A stretch of 64,000 bases of DNA from NCBI RefSeq assembly GCF_018350175.1, contig NC_058368.1:141238001-141302000 (forward strand). Direction: 5' to 3'. A program made the position numbers and the translations under genes. The DNA comes from Felis catus. Taxonomy: Eukaryota. How positions within the stretch are numbered: position 1 is the stretch's first letter; each line of letters opens with the position of its first letter. This document shows positions 27,297-36,400 of the stretch, piece by piece. A model generated the notes under the pieces. That model ran no database searches, had not been told where the DNA came from, and saw only the letters and a list, made by a program, of their open reading frames with translations.

Positions 27297-29235
27297 CCAA
27301 AAATTTTTAACACATATTTGTGGCTTACTCTAGATCAAAATATATCTGTATTGGCTCAGATTTTTTTTTTTTTCACTGAGATAGAATTGGCATATAACAT
27401 TGTATAGTTTTAGGTGTACAGCATAATGATTTGACACATGAATACACTGCAAAATGATCTCCATAATAAATTTAGTTAATATCCATCACCCCACAATTAC
27501 AAATATTTTTTCATATGAGACCATTTAAAATCCACTCTCTTAGTAACTTTGACATATCCAACAGAGTATTGTTAATTATAGTCAATATGCCATACATTAT
27601 ATCCCTAGGAATTACTTACCTTATAATTGGAACTTTATACCTTTTGACCACCTTCACCCAGTTCACCTACCCCCTGCAGCCAGAATCACAGGTCTGTTCC
27701 TTGTGTCTTTGAGCTCAGATTTGTTTTGTTTTTTTGTTTTTTGTTTTGTTTTGGTTTTTGGTTTTTAGATTGCACATGTGGGTAAGATAATATGGTAATA
27801 GAGTGTTTTTCTTTGTCAGTCTAGCTTATTTCACATGGCATAATGTCTCAAGGGCCATCCATATTGTTGCAAATGGCAAGATTTCCTTCTCTTTTACAGC
27901 CAATATTCAATTGTATATACATTTGACATTTTCTTTATCTGTGTATCATTTGACAGACATATAGGTTGTTTCCATGTCTTGGCTATTGGAAAGAATGCTA
28001 CAATGAACAGGGTGTACCTGTATCTTGGCAGAGTTATTTCATTTCCTTCTAATAAGAACCCGGAAGTGGAATTGATGGATCATATGGTAGTTCTATTTTT
28101 AATTTTTTTTTAGATATCTCCATACTTTTTTTTCCATAGCGGATAGACCAATTTACATTTTCAATAGCATGAAAGTATTTATTTTTCTCCACATCCTCAA
28201 ACACTTGTTATTTCTTGTCTTTTAAGTAGTAACAATAACAGATGTGAGTTCATGTCTCTTGGTGGTTTTGATTTGAATGTCCCTGATGAATAGTGATGTT
28301 GAGCACCTTTTCATGTCCCTGTTGGCCTTTCGTATGTCATTGTTAGAAAGATACCTCTTCAAATCTTCTGTCCCTTTTAAAATCCAGTTGTTTGCTATTG
28401 AGTTGTAGGAGTTTGTTACATATTTTAGATGTTAACCCTTTATCGGATATGTGACTCGGTAGTTTGCCTTTTCATTTTAATGATGGTTTCTCTTGCTGTG
28501 GGGAAACTTCAGTTTCCTGTCGTCCCAAGCTTTTGCTTTTCTTGCTGCTTTTGCTTTTGGTATCACATCTAAAACACCGTCACCAAGATAGATGTCAGGA
28601 TGCTGATCTTTTACATTTTCTTTTAGGAGTTTTATGGTTTCAGGTATTACATTTAAGTCTTTAATCCATTTTGAGTGGATTTTTGTGTATGGTCTAAGTC
28701 GGTGGTCCAGTTTCATTATTTTGCATGTAGCTTTCCACTTTTCCAAGACCATTCATTGAAGAGACTGTCCTTTCTCCATTGTATATTCTTGGTTCCTTTG
28801 TCATGCATTAATAGACTGTGTAATTGTGGGTATATTTTGGTGCTCTCTATTGTGTTCTGTTGATCTATGTGTTTATTTTAATGCCAGTACCTTACTGTTT
28901 TGAATACTGTAGCTTTGTAATACAGTTTGAAATCAGGGAGCATGATGACTCCTGCTTTGTTCTTTCTCAAGATTGCTTTGGCTATTTGGGGTCTTTTGTG
29001 CTTCCATATAAATTCTAAGTTTGTTTTGTTTTGTGAAATCATCTTTGGAGTTTTGACAAGGATTGCACTGAATGTGTAGATTCTTTTGGGTAGTATGGAC
29101 ATTGTAATGGTATTAATTTTTCCAATCCATGAGTATGAGACCTCTCTCCAGTTATTTGTGTATTTCTCAGTTTGTTTCATTAGTGTCTTATGTCTTATAG
29201 TTTCAGAATATAGGTCTTCCACCTCCTTGGTTAAA

Positions 29236-29763
29236 TTTTTTTTTCAGTGCAGGTGGAACTGGGCCTTGGGGCCCAGGCAGGAAGCCACCCTGCAGGCAAA
29301 GGAAGAGCCGGTGGAGGGGCCTTATTTGACCTTCTTGGGGCACGGGTTGTTGATGTGGCCGCATTTCTAGCAGTGGTTGACAACGCAGGGGTGAATGTGA
29401 GCATAACACTTGGGGCACATCATCTTGTCTTAGTCATATTTCTGGGCCAGCTGGTGTGGGGAAGGCTCGATGATGCCACCCTCCCTGCCCAGGGTGAAGC
29501 ACCAAGTGTAGGGTGGACTTTTTCTGAAGATTGTAGTCTAACAGACTGTGGCCATCCTCCACCTATTTGCCTGCAAAACTCAGACACTGCTGGTCAGGCA
29601 GGATGCCCTTCTTGTCTAGGATTTGGGCTTTGACATTCTCAACAATGTCACTGGACTCAACTTCCAGGGTGATGATCTTGCCCATCAAAGATCCACATCT
29701 CTACGTCCGCTGCAAGGCCATTATCACCAAACTGCTTGGCTACCTTTCATTGAAGAGAAAGAG
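29236..29763 (-). pseudogene. UBA52 (ubiquitin-ribosomal protein eL40 fusion) processed pseudogene, full length
   Basis: Minus strand has a 5'TOP (ctctttctcttc), ATG at 29698, decayed ubiquitin ([21 protein letters not shown]) and L40 ending PKKVK-TAA (29322). Intronless, with poly(A) at 29236-29244 and TSD cctccttgg(t/c)taaa at 29222-29235 / 29764-29777. Contains indels and a premature stop. Confidence 0.92.
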
Positions 29764-30238
29764 CCTCCTTGGCTAAATGTATTCATAGGTATTTTATTCT
29801 TTTTGATGCAGTTGTAAATGGAATCATTTTCTTAATACTGTATCTCTTTCTGATAGTTTGTCATTAGTGTATAGAAACACAACTGGTTTTTGTATATTGT
29901 TTTTGAAATCCTGCAACCTCACTGTATTTTTTGGTTCTAACAGTTTTCTGGTAAAATCTTTAGGGTTTTCTATATATAGGATCATGTCATCTGCAAATAG
30001 TGACAATTTTACTTCTTCCTTTTCAATTTGGATATCTTTTTCTTTTTCTTGCCTAATTGCTGCAAGTAGGACTTGAGATATTATGTTGAATAAAAGTGGT
30101 GAGAGGACATCCTTATCTTGTTCCAAGTAATACAGGGCAAGTTCAATTTTTCAACGTTGAGTATGATGTGTCCTTGTCATATATAGTTTTTATTTTATGA
30201 AAGTACATTTCCTCTCTACCCATTTTGTTAAGAGGTTT

Positions 30239-30975
30239 GTTTTTTTTTCATGGTGAAAATATTTATAATTAGCTAGACTCACTTTTGGTGCTCTCAGTTT
30301 TGCTGGCAACATCAAAAGCATTATAGTCTGGAGTCAGTTGAACATAATGCCTTCTTCTACCCATCAGGCCTAATAAGGTGTTATCCTGGGGCTTATGGGT
30401 GGCCCAATCAGTTAAGCATCTGACTCTGGGTTTTGGCTCAGGTCATGATCTCATGGTTCATGGGTTCAAGTCCCCTGTTGTCCCCATCTGTGGATCCTTC
30501 TTGGGATTCTCTGTTCCCTTCTCTCTGTTCCTCCCCTACTCATTCCCTCTCCCCTCCCTTCAAAATAAATAAACTTAAAAAAATGTGTTGACCTTGGCCA
30601 TGTCAATGTCCTAGAGCTTCTTCACAGTTTGTTCAGGTGCTAGTTGGCCTTGACATTCACAGTGAACACTAGTGTCTTCTGCCTTCTTCAAGGCTGTCTT
30701 GGCAGTTATGGGGAACTTAATGATGGCATAATAGTCAAGCTTGTTTCTCGAAGAGATGCTCTGTTTGATGATATTTGGGCTACGTTCATTGCTGCAGTGT
30801 CTTGGGCTGCTGGAAGGTCAGTGACCTGTGGATCTTCATGGGCGGGGGAGGGGGGGCAGGGGAGCTGCAAGGTGCCTTTCACCACTACTTTCTTGGCTTC
30901 AAAGCCTTTGCTTTGGCATCAGATTTGTGGCAACAGAAGTTTTTCTTAGCTTTCAGTGTCACCTTTGTGAAAAAC
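30239..30975 (-). pseudogene. RPL23A processed pseudogene, interrupted by a Can-SINE
   Basis: Minus strand gives AKAKAL..., RNKLDYYAIIKFP, VKKL*DIDMAKVNT, LIRPDG. Start codon decayed to GTG (30962). Poly(A) near 30240. Degenerate TSD tgtt(a/g)aga at 30226 / 30976. Confidence 0.88.
30388..30583 (+). mobile_element. Can-SINE inserted in the RPL23A pseudogene
   Basis: SINE head and A-tail between duplicated gtgtt(a/g)..cct. Confidence 0.88.
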
Positions 30976-31374
30976 TGTTGAGAATTTTTATCATGAATGG
31001 ACACTTAATTTTGTCAAATTCTTCTTTATTCATTGAGGTAGATCACTCATCCTTGCATCCCAGGGATAAATCCAACTCGATCATGGTGTATGATCCTTTT
31101 AATGTGGCTTGCTAATAATTTGAATTTGGCTTGCTAATAATTTGTTGAAGATTTTTACATCTGTGTTCATCAGGGATATTGGCCTTTAGTTTTCTTTTCT
31201 TGTGGTGTCTTTATCTGGTTTTGGTATTGGGATAATGCTGGGTTTTTAAAATGAATTTGAGAGTGTTCCCTCCTTTTCAGATTTTTGGAAGACTTTGAGA
31301 AGAACTAACATTAATTCTTCATTAAATGTTTGCTAGAATTAACCAATGAAGCCATCTGGTCCTGGGCCAGCCTG

Positions 31375-31577
31375 CCTTTTCTTTTTTCTTTTCTTTTCTT
31401 CCTTTTCCTTTTCCTTTTCCTTTTCCTTTTCCTTTTCCTTTTCCTTTTCCTTTTCCTTTTCCTTTTTTCCTTTTCCTTTTCCTTTTCCTTTTCCTTTTCC
31501 TTTTCCTTTTCCTTCTCCTTTTCCTTCCTTCCTTCCTTCCTTCCTTCCTTCCTTCCTTCCCTCCCTCCCTCCCTCCC
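31375..31577. repeat. (TTTTCC)n-(TTCC)n-(CCCT)n polypyrimidine compound microsatellite
   Basis: Direct reading. Confidence 0.99.
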
Positions 31578-31584
31578 ATCTTTT

Positions 31585-31820
31585 ATGGGCACAGTTTGTG
31601 GTCACCAAAACAACTACAATAATTCCACAGATCACTGTAACAAATATTGTCAGAATTACCTAAATGTGACACAGAGACATAAAGCAAGAAAATGCTGTTG
31701 GAAAAATGATGCTGATAGACTTGCTCACTGCAAAGTTGCCAAAGACTTTCCGATTGTGAAAAATACATTATCTGTGAAGCACAATAAAGTGGAGTATAAT
31801 AAAATGAGGTAGGCCTATAA
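31585..31820 (+). mobile_element. Tigger1 3'-terminal fragment
   Basis: aaatgtgacacagagac..gctgttggaaaaatg..gatagacttgctc..gaagcacaataaa..ataaaatgaggtaggcctata matches the Tigger1 right end. No left end is present. Confidence 0.8.
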
Positions 31821-31963
31821 ATAGGATCATACAATTTAAGGCCTTTTGTGTCTGGCTTCTTTTATTAGCATAATGCTTTCCAGATTTATTCTTGTTGTAG
31901 TATATATCAGTATTTCATTCCTTTTTAAATTGCCAAGTAAATTCACTGTATGTATACTCCATA

Positions 31964-31965
31964 TT

Positions 31966-32015
<50 letters not shown>
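31964..32015. repeat. (TTTA)n microsatellite
   Basis: Direct reading. Confidence 0.99.
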
Positions 32016-32018
<3 letters not shown>

Positions 32019-32544
32019 AATCTAATTTATTTTCGAGTTAGCTAATAGAGTATATTTTGGTTACTGATTCACTCTTCTTTCTTGTAATACACTGTTCAGA
32101 TTTTCTACTTCTTCATGACTCAGTCTTTGTAAGTTGTATGTATCTAGGAATTTACCCATTTCTTCTAGGTTGTCCCATTTTTTTCGTATATAATTATTCC
32201 TATGAGTCTCTTTGAACCTTTGTATTTCTGTTGTGTTCACTGTCATGTCTTCTCTTCTGTTTTTTATTTCTTTCTTTTCTTCTCTTTTATTTTTGAGTTT
32301 ATTAATTTGAGTCCTCTCTCTTTTATTGGTGTGACTTGCTGAAGATTTGCCTATTTTGTTCATGTTTTCAAAAAGCCCGCTCTTAGTTTCATTGATCTCT
32401 TCTTTTTTTTTATTATGAAATTTATTGTCAAATTGGTTTCCATACAACACTCAGTGCTCATCCCAGCAGGTGCCCTCAATACCCATCACCCACCCTCCTC
32501 TCCCTCCCACTCCCCCATAAACTCTCAGTTTGTTCTCAGTTTTT

Positions 32545-32751
32545 TTTTTCAACGTTTATTTATTTTTGGGACAGAGAGAGACAGAGCATGAACAGGCAAG
32601 GGGCAGAGAGAGAGGGAGACACAGAATCGGAAACAGGCTCCAGGCTCCGAGCCATCAGCCCAGAGCCCGACGCGGGGCTCGAACTCACGGACCGCGAGAT
32701 CGCGACCTGGCCGAAGTCGGACTCTTAACCGACTGCGCCACCCAGGGGCCC
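32545..32751 (-). mobile_element. Young felid Can-SINE in L1 3'UTR
   Basis: TSD tgttctcagttttt, CpG-rich. Confidence 0.95.
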
Positions 32752-33180
32752 CTGTTCTCAGTTTTTAAGAATCTCTTATGTTTTGGCTCCCTCCCTCTCT
32801 AACCATTTTTTTCTTCCCCTCCCCCATGGTCTTCTGTTAAGTTTCTCAGGATCCACGTAGGAGTGAAAACATATAGAATCTGTCCTTCTCTGTATGACTT
32901 ATTTCACTTAGCATAACACTCTCCAGTTCCATCCATGTTGCTACAAAAAGCCATATTTTATTCTTTCTCATTGCCACGTAGTATTCCATTGTGTATATAA
33001 ACCACAATTTCTTTATCCATTTATCAGTTGATGGAGATTTAGGCTCTTTCCATAATTTAGCTATTGTTGAGAGTGCTGCTATAAACATTGTGGTACAAGT
33101 GCCCCTATGCATCAGAACTCCTGTATCCCTTGGGTAAATGCCTAGCAGTGCTATTGCTGGGTCATAGGGTAGGTCAATTT

Positions 33181-33402
33181 TTTTTTTTAATTTTTTTTTC
33201 AACTTTTATTTATTTTTGGGACAGAGAGAGACAGAGCATGAACGGGGGAGGGGCAGAGAGAGAGGGAGACACAGAATCGGAAACAGGCTCCAGGCTCTGA
33301 GCCATCACCCCAGAGCCTGACGCGGGGCTCGAACTCACAGACCGCGAGATCGTGACCTGGCTGAAGTCGGACGCTTAACCGACTGCGCCACCCAGGCGCC
33401 CC
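33181..33402 (-). mobile_element. Young felid Can-SINE in L1 ORF2
   Basis: TSD ggtaggtc(a/t)atttt, CpG-rich. Confidence 0.95.
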
Positions 33403-36400
33403 GGTAGGTCTATTTTTAATTTTTTGAGGAACCTCCACACTGTTCTCCAGAGTGGCTGCCCCGGTTTGCATTCCCACCAATAGTGCAAGAGGGTTCCCAT
33501 TTCTCCACATCCTCTACAGCATTTAGAGTCTCCTGATTTGTTCATTTTAGCCACTCTGACTGGCGTGAGGTGATATCTGAGTATGGTTTTGATTTGTATT
33601 TCCCTGATGAGGAGCGACGTTGAGCATGTTTTCATGTGCCTGTTGGCCATCCGGATGTCTTCTTTAGGGAAGTGTCTATTCATGTTTTCTGCCCATTTCT
33701 TAACTGGGTTATTTGTTTTTCGGGTGTGGAGTTTGGTGAGCACTGTATAGATTTTGGATACTAGCCCATTGTCCGATATGTCATTTGCAAATATCTTTTC
33801 CTATTCCATTGGTTGCCTTTTAGTTTTTGTTGATTGTTTCCTTTGCAGTGCAGAAGCTTTTTATCTTCATGAGGTCGTAATAATTCATTTTTGCTTTTAA
33901 TTCCCTTGCCTTTGGGGATGTGTCAAGTAAGAAATTGCTACGGCTGAGGTCAGAGAGGTCTTTTCCTGCTTTCTCCTCTAGGGTTTTGATGATTTCCTGT
34001 CTCACATTCAGGTCCTTTATCCATTTTGAGTTTGTTTTTTGAATGGTGTGAGGAAGTGGTCTAGTTTCATCCTTCTGCATGTTGCTGTCCAGTTCTCCCG
34101 GCACCATTTGTTAAAGAGACTGTCTTTAACAAAGAGTCTCTTTGTTAAAGAGACTGTTTGTGGGTCTAGTTCTGGGGTTTCTATTCTATTCCGTTGGTCT
34201 ATGTGTCTGTTTTTGTGCCAATACCATGCTGTCTTGATGATGACAGCTCTGTAATAGAGGCTAAAGTCTGAGATTGTGATGCCTCCTGCTTTGGTCTTCT
34301 TCAAAATTACTTTGGCTATTCGGGGTCTTTTGTGGTTCCATACATATTTTAGGATTGCTTGTTCTAGCTTTGAGAAGAATGCTGGTGCGATTTTGATTGG
34401 GATTGCATTGAATGTGTAGATTGCTTTGGGTAGTATTGATATTTTAACAATATTTATTCTTCCAATCCATGAGCATGGAATGTTTTTCCATTTCTTTATA
34501 TCTTCTTCAATTTCCTTCATAAGCTTTCTGTAGCTTTCAGCATACAGATCTTTTACATCTTTGGTTATATTTATTCCTAGGTACTTTATGCTTCTTGGTG
34601 CAATTGTGAATGGGATCAGTTTCTTTATTTGTCTTTCGGTTGCTTCATTATTAGTATATAAGAATGCAACTGATTTCTGTACATTGATTTTGTATCCTGC
34701 AACTTTACTCAATTCATGTATCAGTTCTAGCAGACTTTTGGTGGAGTCTATGAGACTTTCCATGTATAATATCATGTCATCTACAAAAAGTGAAAGCTTA
34801 ACTTCGTCTTTGCCAATTTTGATGCCTTTGATTTCCTTTTGTTGTCTGATTGCTCCAACAAGAGGTTGTTAAACAACAGCGGTGAGAGTGGACATCCCTG
34901 TCGTGTTCCTGATCTCAGGGAGAAAGCTCTTAGTTTTTCCCCATTGAGGATGATATTAGCTGTGGCCTTTTCATAAATGACTTTTATGATGTTTAAGCAT
35001 GTTCCTTTTATCCCGACTTTCTCGAGGGTTTTTATTAAGAAAGGATGCAGAATTTTGTCAAATGCTTTTTCTGCATTGATTGACAGGATCATATGGTTCT
35101 TTTCTTTTATTAATGTGATGTATCACATTGATTGATTTGCAAATGTTGAACCAGCCCTGCAGCCCAAGAATGAATCCCACTTGATCATGGTGAATAATTC
35201 TTTTTATATGCTGTTGAATTCGTTTTGCTAGTATCTTATTGAGAATTTTGCATTCATATCATCAGGGATATTGGCCTGTAGTTCTCTTTTTTTGCTGGGT
35301 CTCTGTCTGGTTTAGGAATCAAAGTAATGCTGGCTTCATAGAATGAGTCTGGAAGTTTTCCTTCCCTTTCTATTTGTTGGAATAGCTTGAGAAGGATAGG
35401 TATCATCTTTGCTTTAAATGTCTGGTAGAATTCCCCTGGGAAGCCATCTGGTCCTGGACTACTTTTGTTGGGAGATTTTTGATAACTGATTCAATTTCTT
35501 CGCTGGTTATGGGTCTATTCAAGCTTTCTATTTCTTCCTGTTTGAGTTCTGTAAGCGTGTGGGTGTTTAGGAATTTGTCCATTTCTTCCAGGTTGTCCAG
35601 TTTGTTGGCATATAATTTTTCATAGTATTCCCTGATAATTGCTTGTATTTCTGAGGGATTGGTTGTAATAATTCCATTTTCATTCATGATTTTATCTATT
35701 TTGGTCCTCTCCGTTTTCTTTGAGAAGCCTGGGTAGAGGTTTATCAATTTTGTTTATTTTTTCAAAAAACCAACTCTTGGTTTCATTGATCTGCTCTACT
35801 GTTTTTTTAGATTCTATATTGTTTATTTCTGCTCTGATATTTATTATTTCTCTTCTGCTGGATTTGGGGTGTCTTTGCTTTTCTGCTTCTATTTCCTTTA
35901 GGTGTGCTGTTATATTCTGTATTTGGGATTTTCCTTGTTTCTTGAGATAGGCCTGGATTGCAATGTATTTTCCTCTCAGGACTGCCTTCGCTGCATCCCA
36001 AAGTGTTTTGGATTGTTGTATTTTCATTTTCATTTGTTTCCATATATTTTTAAATTTCTTCTCTAAGTTCATGGTTGACCCATTCATTCTTTAGTAGGGT
36101 GTTCTTTAACCTCCATGCTTTTGGAGGTTTTCCAGACTTTTTCCTGTGGTTGATTTCAAGCTTCATCACATTATGGTCTGAAAGTATGCATGGTATGATT
36201 TCAATTCTTGTATACTTATGAAGGGCTGTTTTGTGACCCCGTATGTGATCTCTCTTGGAAGAGGTTCCATGTGCACTCAAGAAGAAAGTATATTCTGTTG
36301 CTTTGGGATGCAGAGTTCTAAATATATCTATCAAGTCCATCTGATCCAGTGTATCATTCAGGGCCCTTGTTTCTTTATTGATCCTGTGTCTAGATGATCT

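Noticed and set aside
31311..31812. Long ORFs of KE/KR/FL/GK repeats
   Set aside because: They are translations of the (TTTTCC)n/(TTCC)n microsatellite.
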